Assembly: GCA_964016885.1 (NCBI GenBank)
Contig: OZ024761.1
Coordinates: 18,538,001-18,602,000 of the forward strand
From: Eledone cirrhosa
Lineage: Eukaryota
Reading direction: 5' to 3'
DNA length: 64,000 bases
Part shown: piece by piece, positions 25,754 through 39,665 of the stretch
How the letters are laid out: each line of letters starts with the position of its first letter
How positions within the stretch are numbered: position 1 is the stretch's first letter
Position numbers and translations under genes: made by a program
The notes under the pieces: model-generated
Seen by the model: only the letters and a program-made list of their open reading frames with translations
What the model was told of the DNA's origin: nothing
The model's database searches: none

Positions 25754-28031
25754 TATATACACAGAGAGAGAGGGAAAATGATTAAAAGCCAAATAAAATG
25801 TATGTGCAAGGGAGAAATGTTTAAATAGGTACACTGTATTCCTGTGTGTTGTATGAGGTGATTAAAAGAGTTGGTGTCAGGAAGGGCATCTGACTGTAAA
25901 ACATTGTTTTAAAACAATGCATCCAGCTCATGCTTGTCAGGCACACAAGATGAACATGTTTTGCCTGCAGCATATCACATAAACGTAAATTCATCTAATG
26001 AAATCGCGCCCATACCAGCAACAAACGCAACTACTACACTATAGATGGGTCGCCATAGATATAATTATAATGAATAAACGATTTATGTAAACACAACATT
26101 TTTCTTAATGTTATTCTTATATATATACATACATACATGTGGTGGTGGTATAAATTAGCAGAAATAAACCTCATTTACATAATAATGAAGGAATTTTCAA
26201 TGAGCAGTGGGAGAAATTTTAATGTCTCGTGTTAAATTAAGACTGTGGGAATTTAACAGGAAGATGTTTCATCTGTGGATTAGACATCTCTAAAAATAGA
26301 TACACACATTGGGGGTCTCTCTCTCTATATATATATATATTCTTACAGTTGTTCTCTTTTTCTATGTTCTCACAATTGTTCTCTCTCATTCATAATTAAT
26401 GTCTCTCTCTCTCATTCATAATTAATGTCTCTCTCTCTCTCACCCCCTACTTCTCCCCTAATTACCAGGTAAGAAATCTCAGTTGATGTTCACCTGAGCA
26501 GCTCATTTTGGTATGTAGTCAGGTGTGAAAACAGTGAACAGAAACAATAAATTTGATTGAGAAATTGTCATTCATTCCCTCCTTCTTTCTCTCTCTCTTT
26601 CTTTTTCAACTGTTTTTTTTTTCCAGGTACCTAATGTTGTTACTTTATTGTTATTGTTGCTATGGCAGTAATTGGTAGAGCTTTGGGCAATGTGCTTTGT
26701 AGCATATAGTTACGTCCCTTTACGTTCTGAGTTCAAATCCCACCAAGGTTAGCTTTGCCTTACATCCTTACGTGGAGGGGGTGGGATCGATAAGATAAAG
26801 TACCAGTAATACACTGGGGGTTCAATTTAATCAACTTTCCACTCCCCCTTCAAATTGCTGGCCTTGCGCCTAAATCAGAAACTATTATTATCATCATTAA
26901 ATAAAGTACCAGTAATGCACTGGGTAATTGCTGGCCTTGTGCCTAAAGTAGAAACAATTATTATCATCATTATTAGGGCGGTGGATTGCCAGTATCGGTA
27001 GAGGGTCGGACAACATGCTTAGCAGCAAAGAGTTACGTCCCTTTACGGTCTGAGTTCAAATCCCGCCGAGGTTAACTTTGCCTTTCATCCTTACGGGGTC
27101 GATAAAATAAAGTACCAGTAATGTACTGGGTAATTGCTGGCCTTGTGCCTAAAGTAGAAACAATTATTATTGTTGTTATTTCCCATGAGACAACAGAAGT
27201 CATCCAGTAATTTATGGTGAAAAGGGAAAGTTGATTATACTGACCCCCTAATAATGGTTTCTGATTTAGGGAAAAGGTCAGCAATTTTGGATGTGTGTGT
27301 GTGCGAGGGGAGAAGTCAATTCAGTAGACCCCAGTGTATTACTAGTACTTTATTTTATCAACCCTGGAAGGATGAAAGGTAAAGCTCACCTTGGCAGGAG
27401 TTAACCTCAGAATGCAAAGGGACATAACTCTTTTCTGCAAAGTAAGTTGACTGACTGGTTAATTAATAACCATTGTTTTTACATCCGTTCTTCCACGCTT
27501 GCATGGGTTGGACAGGTCCTTCTCAGCACGGTGTCTCTCCACTCACTGCGTTTCTTCATCTTCCTTAGTCAACCTCTACTGCAGCTTTTACAGTGTGTGC
27601 TGGGTGCGTTTTGTGATGACACCTACACAACTACATTTACAGTGTGGGCTGGGTCTACACGACCACTTTGGAGCTGTGTTTTATGGCTGGCTACCCTTTC
27701 TGGTGCCTTTTTAGTTGCCTCGTACAACATACAAGGATATGGTGTACCTATTTTCAACTGGATAAACACAGTAGCTCTCAACTAACCCTAACCCCACTGG
27801 GAATCCAGCGATCATCATTCATGCATATCACACGTCCGTACCAACACAGTCTTCTCTCCTGCACACCAACTCGGATTCATCTTAAATCCAGTTTCTTTCT
27901 CATTTCATCCAAACTCTGCCTTTCTCATACATTTACATTACAAACTTTTATCTAATATCAAAATAGAAGTAAAATAAATCTCAAATTCTTTGATGCCATA
28001 TTCTCACATTCCCATATTCTTATATTTCCAG

Positions 28032-28097
28032 GAATATTTACATTCCATGGACATTATCCACCGGGACTTGAACTCCCAGAATTGTTTAGTAAAAGAG
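28032..28097 (+). CDS. LIMK1: LIM kinase exon: catalytic loop
   Basis: ttccag / gtttgt; EYLHSMDIIHRDLNSQNCLVKE carries the LIMK-type HRDLNSxN loop. Confidence 0.96.
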
Positions 28098-28139
28098 GTT
28101 TGTATTATTTATTTATCTCCTTATATTTGTAGATGCTGT

Positions 28140-28850
28140 TCCTAATGCCTACCACATTTACAGTGTGAACTGGGTGCTTTTTATTGTGACATCAACATGA
28201 CCACTTTACAATGTGAACTGGGCACTTTTAGTCGTGGCACCAACACAATCACTTTACAGTGTGAACTGGGCACTTTTAGTCGTGGCACCAACACAATCAC
28301 TTTACAGTGTGAACTGGGCACTTTTAGTCGTGGCACCAACACAATCACTTTACAGTGTGAACTGGATGCTTTTTGTCATGTCACCCAATGACCTCTTTAC
28401 AGTGTGGACTGGGCGCTTTTTGTCATGGCACGAGGACGACCATTTCACAGCGTGGACTGGGCTCTTCTTATCATGACACCAGAATTACCACTTTATACCA
28501 CTGGACGCTTTTTGTCATTGCACCAGAACAACCACTTCACAGTGTGGACTGGACGCTTTTTGTCATTGCACCAGAACAACCACTTCACAGTGTGGACTGG
28601 ACGCTTTTTGTCATTGCACCAGAACAACCACTTCACAGTGTGGACTGGGCTCTTTTTGTCATAACACCAGAATGACCATTTGAGAGTGTGGGCTGGGTGA
28701 TTTTTGATGTCACTAACAAGACCACTTTACAGTGTGAACTGGGCACTCTTTGTCATGGCACCAAAATGACCACTTCACAGCATGGACTGGGCTCTTTTTG
28801 TCATGACACCCTAATGACTGCTTTATAGTGTGGCCTGGGTGCTTTTTGTC
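28140..28850. repeat. 48-bp degenerate minisatellite derived from a SINE-B internal segment
   Basis: cactttacagtgtgaactgggcacttttagtcgtggcaccaacacaat units (~14); the same family occurs inverted at ~36735-37020. Confidence 0.85.
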
Positions 28851-28952
28851 CTTATATATATATATATATATATATTACAGGCTTCTACAAGGTGTCTGTC
28901 TCCCAAATTTCACCCACAAAGCATTTATTATTTATTCTATGTTTGTTTATAG

Positions 28953-29390
<438 letters not shown>

Positions 29391-29438
29391 TAAAGGTTAG
29401 CAACTTGTGGAAATTCTGTTATTGGGTAAATAATGAAA

Positions 29439-29471
<33 letters not shown>

Positions 29472-30260
29472 GAGAACAGTGGATTGGTAGAATCAGTAGA
29501 GCATCAGACATCATGCTTCGCGGCATAGAGTTACGGCACTTTACATTCTGAGTGCAAATCCCGCCAAGGTTAGCTTTGCCTTTCATTCTAACGAGGTTGA
29601 TAAAATAAAGTACCAATCATACACTGGGGTTGATATAATCACCTCTACCCCCCCCCCCCCAACATTGTTGGCCTTGTGCTATATCAGAAACCATTAGTAT
29701 TTGTACAGCATCGTAGACCATGCTTCGCGGCATAGAATTTCGCCCCTTTATGCTCTGAGTCTGAGTTCAAATCCCGCTGAGGTTAGCTTTGCCTTTCACC
29801 CTTACTGTTTGTTTTACGTCCGTTCTTCCATGCTAGCATGGGTTAGACTGGTTGTCCTGTTGTGGGCAGTGTCCTGTTGTCGGCTGACCTTGTCTTGCTC
29901 ATACGGGAACTGATTCTGGCTTGATTTCTACAGCTGGATGCCCTTCCTATCACCAACCTCATTTACAGTGAGTGCTGGGTGCTTCTTTCTTCCCCGTGGC
30001 GCCTCCACGGCCACTGCAAAGTGGTCGTGGAGGTGTCTTACGAGGTCGATAAAATAAAGTACCAGTCATGCACTGAGGTCGATTTAATAGACTTTTCCCT
30101 CCACCAAAAGTTGCTAGCCTTGTGCCTAAATCAGGAACCATTATTATTATAAGGGTAGCGGAGGGGTGGTGTTGTGGTACCAGTCCAATTTCTAGTTCTA
30201 ACTTCTGCCATACTGTTCTGAGTTCAATTCTAAAAGTCATTTCTTGTTTCCTATTTCCAG

Positions 30261-30415
30261 ATCATTGGCCGTGTTGTTGCTGACCCAGACTACCTTCCAA
30301 GGACATATGACTTTGGTATGAACGCCGAGGCCTTTCTCAGTAAATTTGCCAAGGACTGTCCCAATGCCTTTTTCAAACTCTGTCTATTGTGTTGTCAACT
30401 CAACCCAGACAGTCG
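30261..30415 (+). CDS. LIMK1: LIM kinase exon: C-lobe
   Basis: ttccag / gtaggt; IIGRVVADPDYLPRTYDFGMNAEAFLSKFAKDCPNAFFKLCLLCCQLNPDS(R). Confidence 0.96.
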
Positions 30416-30894
30416 GTAGGTGACTTATACATTTGTGTGTTTGTGACCCATCATCATATATCATCATCACCCTTTTATGTCCGTTCTTCCACGCTAGCAT
30501 GGGTTAGACGAGTTGTCCTGTTGTGGGCAGTGTCCAGTCGGCTGACCTTGTCTTCATACGGGAACTGATTCTGGTGGCTTGATTTCTACAGCTGGATGCC
30601 CTTCCTAACACCAACCTCATTTACAGTGAGGGCTGGGTGCTTTTTTTTCCGTGGCGCCTACACTGTCCACTTTACAGTGTGGGCTGGGTGCTTTTTTTTC
30701 CGTGGCGCCTACACGACCACTTTGCAGTAGAATGATAGGGACCCCAGTCCTATCATCTCATTTCTACAGCTGAGTAAACTGGAGCAATGTGAAATAAAGT
30801 GTCTTGATCAAGGAAACAACACATCATCCGGTCTGGGAATTGAACTGACAACCTTTCGATTGCAAGCCCAATGCTCTAACCACTAAGCCATGTG

Positions 30895-30978
<84 letters not shown>

Positions 30979-31073
30979 ATTCTAAATAGAAATGTCTTGT
31001 GTGTGTATATATTTATATATATTGTGTGTGTGTGTGTATATATATAATTTGTATATTTTTTTCTGTTTGACAG

Positions 31074-32103
31074 GCCTTCTTTTGATAAAATCCATATGCT
31101 GTGTGAAGCCCTACTTCTCCATTTTGAACACAACATGGCACTTCCAACAGAGTTACAGGAAGATGCTTTGACATTCTACCGGAAGACTCGGGAGAACTGT
31201 ACCGTCTCTCGCAAAGCAAAGGACTCTAATAACCAAAAATATTCCAAAAATAACCTCCATAAAATTTCCGAAACAAACTCCAAAGATGCCAGTGGCGGCA
31301 GCACCAACAGTGCCTCTGCTGTCTCTACTACTACCACCACCACCACCGCCTCAGACTGTACTACTGACACAAACACCAATACTGCAGACAGTACTACTAG
31401 CACCAACACAAAAACGACAGACGATACCACTGCCACCACCACAGACAGTACTATAACCAACGCCACAGACTGTACTACTACAACCAATACTGCACACTGT
31501 ACTACCACAAACACAGACTGTACTACTACAACCACAGACTGTACTACTACAACCAATACTGCACACTGTACTACCACAAACACAGACTGTACTACTACAA
31601 CCACAGACTGTACTACTACAACCAACGCCACAGACTGTACTACTACAACCAACGCCACAGACTGTACTACTACAACCAATACCACAGACTCTACTACTAC
31701 AACCAATACCACAGACTGTACTACTACTAACAAAGACATTACAACAACCACAGATAGTACTACAACCAATACTACAAACACCACCACCACCACCACTGAT
31801 TCCAATATAACCTCCACCCCTTCCACCAACACATCTTCCCCTCCTCCTCTTCCTCTTCTTCTCCCCACCACCGCCACCACCACCACCAAGGTAAACACAA
31901 ATAACTCTTTCCCCCTGTCTCCCATCACCACCTCCACCACCACATCTTCACAATCATCATCATCGTTGTCATCACCGACATCTTCGCCATCATCGTCTTC
32001 GTCATCGTCATATTTAACCTCTCTGTCGTTATCTCCGTCGTCGCCAGTCCAAACATGCCCACCACCGCCACCAATCAAAGCAACATTATCTTCAAACACG
32101 TGA
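31074..32103 (+). CDS. LIMK1: LIM kinase terminal coding exon with a long Thr/Cys-repeat and Ser/Pro-rich tail
   Basis: gacag acceptor; (R)PSFDKIHMLCEALLLH matches the LIMK kinase end; frame stays open to TGA at 32101-32103; AATAAA at ~32141. Confidence 0.85.
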
Positions 32104-32113
32104 CATTTAATTA

Positions 32114-32146
<33 letters not shown>

Positions 32147-32459
32147 GAATATTAATATTATATATTTTAAACCCTTCCCTCCCCCCCCCCCACTTCACCA
32201 TCTTCCCATCTCCTGGTGGTCGAAGGGGGGGGGGCTGGGAATAAGTAGGACCGACCAAAAGATGTGACCTTTGACATTTTTTTTTTTTTTTTCAAAACAA
32301 GAAACATTCCAAAAAAATAAATTTGCATATTAAAATGGAGGACGAGACAGTGAGAGGTGGTTGGCATGGATGGCAGGAGCAGTCAGGTGATTTTTGTTGT
32401 TTTTTTCTAAAACTGAATAATTTTTAAAAGTGTGTGTATATACATGTGTATACATACAG

Positions 32460-32505
<46 letters not shown>

Positions 32506-33019
32506 GTATATATACACACACACATATATATATACACACACACACATATATATATATACACACACACACATATTTATATATATATATGTATATGTATATA
32601 TATATTTTCTTTCGCTTGTTCCAGCTCATAGGCTGTGACCATGCTATACATACATTTTATATATATGTATATATATATGATGGCTGCAAACTCTGCTAAG
32701 AGTACTGCAATCGCTTGTCAGGTTATAGAGTTTCGTGCAATTTTAGGCTTCGGCCAGCCACACAAACCTGTAACAGAGCCTGATCAAGCAATGCCTGTGC
32801 TTTGAAGGTTTTTTTTAAGTGGGGATGGCCTTACATATACATACATACATACATATACATATATTGTTTTTAAAAAATGGTTAATAAATGTTTACAAATA
32901 AATATTGTGAAAATGACAAAAACAAAACCAATCTTACAAAAATTGTTGTACATGGAACCATAATGTCCAAAGATAAAATGTTCCTTTTTCTTTCTTTTCT
33001 AATGCCGATTCTTTGTGTT

Positions 33020-33860
33020 CTTGTATAAACACCTCCCTCCTATTAACTTTTGAATAATACCCCTACTAATCTTTGTGTCATATCTCCCTCCTATTAATTT
33101 TTGTATAACACCTCCTTCCAATTATTTTTTGTATAACACCTCCTTCCAATTATTTTTTTGTATAACACTTCCTTCCAATTATTTTTTGTATAACAACCTC
33201 CCTCCTGTGAATTCTTGTGTACTCCTTTGGTTTTTTTTTTATAGTTTGTTTTTCACCATGCTGGTGGTTATTGTGGTGGTAGTGTTGGCACTATCCCTCT
33301 TTAATCAGTGTACATCAAGCAGGTACACACTGTACCTCTTGTCTACTGGTGTACCAGTGTCATACCATCTGCTCTCTATAGGCTCTCTCTTCAGTTACCT
33401 TTGAAATTGGTTGGAGATCTCTCCTTTCCAACATAGTCTGTCTTTGTACTTATCAACCCAACGACAGAGACTGGAGATTTCTTGTATCCAGTGTAGTCTC
33501 TCTCTGTACTTATCAACTAAACTCCAGCAATTGGAGATCTCTCCTCGTATCCAACATAGTCTCTCTCTGTATTTATCAACTAAACTCCAGGGTTTGGAGA
33601 TCTTTCTGTACTTATCAATTTATTTATGAGACTAATTTCCATTATGTTACTGAGAGATGTTTTTGGACAGTTATACATGAGTTGGGGCCTCTAATTCTTT
33701 ATTCACATTTGATGTTGCTGTACATCAGTTATTCAGGAATAGGGGCCTCAGTTCCTTGCCCACAGTTGATGTTGCTGTCCATTAGTTATACATGAGTTGG
33801 GGCCTCAATTCCTTCCTCAAACTTGATGTTGGTGTACATCAGTAATACATGAGTTGGGGT
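33020..33860. repeat. Cluster of three short tandem repeats (~33, ~60 and ~61 bp units)
   Basis: tgtataacacctccttccaattattttt; ggagatctctcc..gtacttatcaac; atacatgagttggggcctc..ttgatgttgctg. Confidence 0.75.
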
Positions 33861-35450
33861 CCTAATTCCTTGGTCGCGCTCAGATTCTTAGTGGAAGCAT
33901 AGTTGATGCTGCCACCCATCAGTTCAGGATAGATTTATTTAAAAGGAGGTGTATACACTCACTTCTTCATCGGGATCCTACATAGAGCATATTGCAGCAG
34001 TTTTTAAGAAAAGTAGATCCCTTTTCCCAACTTCCGAAACCCCAGTTGATGCTACTGCCTAATTAAAAAAGAAGACTGTCTGAAGACACATCTCATCAGG
34101 ACCCTGTCATATAGTATTGCTTTATACTTGTTACTTGCTGCAGTGGTTGCACAAACCTGCAAATTAAGGGGGTTGGGTTCAGAGACAGTTGCTTCGGACA
34201 GGACTCGCTGAAAAGCGACCTTGAGGGCTCTCCCCTAACAACCTTTCCAGGAATAAGTGGGCAAAGAATAATAATGTTTTTCGTGTGTTCAAGAGCAATA
34301 TTCCACTGTCTATTTTTTGGGGGGTGGGGGTTAAGTCGTTGCTTTTAGGCGACAGTAGTCACTATATTTTAACCCTTTTATTACCATATTTCTAGTGAAA
34401 GACACTGCCTTTAGTTTTTAATTAATTTTGGAAATAATCAAGAATTTGGGGTGATTTTATTTAGCAATATAACTAACTTTCTCATTAAGTTGGTATTTTG
34501 GAACATAACTTAACCCTTTAACATTGACATTACTCTATATTTACTATTGTATTTTCATGGTAAAGGCTTTATCTCACATAATATCGAATCTACAAGATTT
34601 TGATATTATTTATTTTGAGGACAATACCTTAATGTCAGCAGGAGCAGCCAGCTATGGCTGGTTTGAATAGAAAGAGGTGAGAGAATTCAGGCCACATAGG
34701 GCCGGTTTAAATGCTAAAGGGTTAACAACACTTCTTATATAAAATTATTATGGAAGGTTTTTTTAGATAAATATAAGCACTTTATAATAAGCAGTTTTGT
34801 ATCATAGAACCAGAGACAGTTTCGTATCAGAATGGTTAATTCTTTGTTTGTCAATCTACCAGACTACTAATCTCTGTCATCTTAAGTACATGCTGACCAA
34901 TCTGCCAGCCTACCAATGTCCACTTCCTATCTGTTTTTCTATATGTTTACTTCTCTGTCCATCTATCTATCTCTATTTGTAAGAAAGATGCTGATGTTAC
35001 ATAAATCGTTTATTCGTTATAACTATTTCAATGGTTCCCTTAGGCAATCCACGATGTAATGTATGCATTTGTTGTTAGTATGGGAACAGTATCTTCAGAT
35101 GAAAATCTGGTTATGTGATATGCTGCAGGCAAGAAAAAACACGTCCTTTTTCTTGTGTTGCTGGCAGACATAGCTCTTTAAGGGTCCTTCCAGTTGTTCT
35201 GTTCACATTTTGTGGAGCAAGGCATTATCTATGTGTCAATTATTAATTCTGACCAACCTATCAATCTACCTATGTATCCTCATGTTTACCTACCTATCTG
35301 TCAATCTTCTTACTACTGGCATCTAAGCTCGTCAGACAATCAAACTATATTCAAAATATCTTTGGAGTAAACCAGCAGTCTGCTGCACTACCACAATCTC
35401 TTCAAAATTTTTGTCCCTGTTCCCTCTGAATTCAATGAAATACAATGGTG

Positions 35451-35481
<31 letters not shown>

Positions 35482-35803
35482 TTGTCCCCCGTTATTCGCA
35501 GGGGTTATGTTCCTCGAGCAGCCACGAAGAGTGGAAAAACCGCGAATATTGGACCTTGTTCATAAAAATGCCTATAAACATAAAAATATAATGTAAAATA
35601 TACTAATAAAAAAAAAGGAGCATCCAATAGGCTGGCAAATACGGTATATTGTTATTAATAATTTAGCGTTAAAAAAATATATATTGCCACGAAAAAAGCT
35701 GCAGAAGATATTTGCGATTCTGCGAATATGCGGTGGTTTCCACAAACAATTATTGGTTAAGTTCTGAGGAAGAAAATTCAGCGAATAACCGGGGGTACAA
35801 TGT
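35482..35803. mobile_element. Tigger/pogo-like MITE
   Basis: gtcccccgttattcgc ... gcgaataaccgggggtac inverted ends. Confidence 0.65.
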
Positions 35804-35960
35804 ATATAGATATATATACATACAGACATATATGTGTATGTATATACATATATGTATATACATATATGTATATACATATGATATATGCATACACACACAC
35901 ATACGCACACAGATATTAAACCCTTTGTGAGACAACTGTTTTCTTTTTTGTATATATGGG

Positions 35961-35997
<37 letters not shown>

Positions 35998-38319
35998 AGG
36001 TATGTTTTTGTTTGTGTGAGAGATAGTTTGTGACTTTCGAAAAAAAAAAATTTATAATTTACAGATTATTTATTTTTCTCATTTTTAAATTTTATAAATT
36101 CTTTCATCTTTTTTATATTATATATATATGTGTGTAAGTGTATGTATATAGGTATGTTTATATACATATACATGTGTGTGTATGTATATAGGTATGTTTG
36201 TATATGTATGCATGTATATAGGTATGTATACACACACGTGTGTGTGTGTATACACGTGTGTGTATGAGAAAATACTGTTTTATAAGAATATTAATTATAT
36301 AAACAAATGTTGTTATTATTATTATTTCAAAATAAAGATACTGTTATGGGTTATTTTTGTTTTTTCGAGGAATACACCCAAACTGACCCCCATGTGTTTT
36401 TGTCAAACTGTTTATACAAATATTCTTAACTTCCATCCATATTATGGGTTCACTGCTCTTTTTAGTAGCTGTAATATATAATTTATAGTAGCTGTAATAT
36501 ATAATTTATTTCATTGAGAGGGGATTTTTTTTTTAAGGGAGTACTTCTCCTTTTTCCATTGGTGAAGAAATCAGCAGAAAGCATTTCAGCACCAAATAAA
36601 ACAGAACTAGTCCCATTCTCTTATATTGAGTACATTATTTCAATTGTGGTTCCCTTCCATTCTTTAACAAAATGTTATTCCATGACACACACACTATATA
36701 AATGTATATATATATATATATGCTAAGATAAACAGTACCCAGTTCACCTTGTAAAATGGTTGTACTAGCGCAACAACAAAAATCACCCAGTTCATCCTGT
36801 AAAATGATGGTGTTGGTGTCACAACAAAAATCACCCAGTTCACCCTGTAAAATGATTGTGTTGGTGTCACAACAAAAATCACCCACTCCAGCCTGTAAAA
36901 TGATTGTGTTGGTGTCATAACAAAAATCACCCACTCCATCCTGTAAAATGATTGTGTTGGTGTCACAACAAAAATCACCCAGTTCACCCTGTAAGGTGGT
37001 CGTGTTAGTGCCATGAAAAAAAAAGCAGCCATTTCATGTTGAGAAATGGTTGACATTAGGAAAGACATCCAGCTGTAGAAAATCAAGCTAAAAACAGTGT
37101 GTATGAGTAAGATGTGGTCACCTAATCTGTCTAGCCTGACAACCTGTTTAACCCGTGCAAGTATGGAAAAGAGATATGGTGATGATGATATATATATATT
37201 ATTATCATGTAGTAGTAATAAATACAAAGACCAAAATCCTGAGATGACTCAATAAAGGTTGTATATATAAATAAACCTGTAGAGCAAATATTTATTAGCA
37301 CATTAAAAGTTTAACCCTTTAGCATTCACATTACTCTGTATATACTATTATATTTTAATGGTAAAGACTTTACCACATAATATCGAATCTATGAGATTTT
37401 GAAAACAATACCTTAACATCAGTTTGAGCGACCAGTTACAGCCAGTTTCAACACTAAAGGGTTAAGCAAATAATTACTACTTTCACCCTAAAGCAGGATC
37501 ATTTGAAACTGATGTGTCTATATATAGACACACTCACAGATTTATAGATATGTGTGTGTGTGTGTGTTTCACATTGGTATCTAGTCTTAAACTTTCATGT
37601 ACACCTTTGTTCACAGGAAATGAAAAATGTAAATTTGTGCCAACTGATTTAGACTTGGAAATGTCTCCCTATTTTTTTAAATGTCTGTTGACCCTTTTAA
37701 AACTCTTAAAATCTGTCTGCTTGTTTTCTCTGTTATAGAGGACCTGTGAATATAACTGGTATAGGACAAAAAATATATAAGTAGGGCATTGAGAGATTGA
37801 GGGAGTGTGTGTGTGTGAAACAGTGATAGCGGGGGAGAGAAAAAGCAGGACTTACTAACCTGTGCCAAATGAAAATAAAAATATAAAATATCAGACATAT
37901 AAACCTATCCATGGTACCTATCACTAGTAGTTCTCTACATGTTTCATTTGGGGAAGGAAAAAAAAAAACCCAAACCCCAGAAAATCAGAAATGGGAACTT
38001 GCAGTTGAAATTATTTCAAATATTCTAAAAATCTAAATAATTGTTAAACAAACTATCATATTTGTGTTTTGTTATTTCTTATATATACTTATGTATATGT
38101 CACACACATACATATAGAATAACTTTTACAAAGATAGTGATGAATAGATTCCTAGTAAAGCAACCTGTACAGATAATTTTAGCTATCTTTCATTGACATT
38201 TTCTGTAATATATATATCCATATGTGGTTGACGGCCAAGAGAAAAGAGTACTCAATATTCATTTTATTAAGGCTAAATAATAAATAAGTTAACTTATTTA
38301 CTGACCCTACAAAACCTTA

Positions 38320-38645
38320 ATTCAAAATATATGGTATATTGTAAATGCTGGATATGTAAAAAACGGTGTGACTTGTCTACTGGTCCTTCAAAATATATGG
38401 TACATTGTAAATGTTGGTTATGTAAAATGAAGGTGTGTGACTTATCTACTGGTCCTTCAAAATATATGTTGGTTATGTAAAATGAAGGTGTGTGACTTAT
38501 CTACTGGTCCTTCAAAATATATGGTACATTGTAAATGTTGGTTATGTAAAATGAAGGTGTGTCACTTATCTACTGGTCCTTCAAAATATATGGTACATTG
38601 TAAATGTTGGTTATGTAAAATGAAGGTGTGTGACTTATCTACTGG
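38320..38645. repeat. ~69-bp tandem repeat (~5 copies)
   Basis: ttcaaaatatatggtacattgtaaatgttggttatgtaaaatgaaggtgtgtgacttatctactggtcc. Confidence 0.9.
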
Positions 38646-39620
38646 ACTTACAAAGCATCAATTAAACAAATGATCAATTTATAGAGATGTGCCAGGAGTT
38701 CCCAAGTGGAAGGGAGTTTTTATCTATGAACAGACCCACATCTTTAGCTGTAGAGGCCAGAGCACCAAATTGTAATCGTCTACTTTCATATTCATTCTCC
38801 AAAAGATACTGTCTGTATATTGAAGGTCACCAACCTCCTTTTTTTTTTTATTTTCAGGATATTTTTTGAATTGCTAGATATGTGTGATAAAACCAACATT
38901 GTACATTGTCATTAGGAACATAACTTCACAAAGGTTCTTTGGTAAAGTTATGAGTGGAAGGATTTTAGATAAATGTAAACACTTTAAAACAGTGGAGCAT
39001 AACTTAAAGGTTCTTAGAGAAAGTTATCCATGGATGGAAGGCTATTAGATAAATATAAAAAGTTTAAAAGATCAGTGGAACATAACTTAACAAAAGTTCT
39101 TCGATAACGTTATGGATGGAAGTCTTTTAAAATAAATATAAACACTTTAAAACAAATAGTTCCAGTACATGGGGCCAGTATGATATCAAAAAGTTAATGG
39201 GTTTATGTTTACAAAAATGTCAGGTCAGGACACTAAATAAATACTTTGCAGCACATCTCCCTTACTATCCTCTGGGAAAACGCCTTCTCCACTCTGTCCC
39301 CTGGGGCGGTCAGCATGTGGGACGCCATTTGCTCATATTACAGAGAGATGGAGGTGATGACAGTGGGAGTTTGGTTCATCCGTGTTCGGACACAGTGTTA
39401 CTTTTTATAACAATCATACTATATTGTGTTAGCTTCAGTCTGGTTTTTCTTGTTTGCCCTTTATTCTGAGTTAATTAATTAATTAGAACCTGTCGGAAGA
39501 GAGAAGATAGTGGAGGAGAAGACATTCATGGATTGAATGTGGTGTAAGTGGAGGGAACAATTAAGTCAGATAGCCACTATTTTGGTTGAAATATATTCAT
39601 GCATATGTGTATGTAGTGTG

Positions 39621-39665
<45 letters not shown>

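Noticed and set aside
31176-32099. 307-aa Val-rich minus-strand ORF
   Set aside because: Antisense shadow of the Thr-rich LIMK tail (ACN codons read as Val on the reverse strand)
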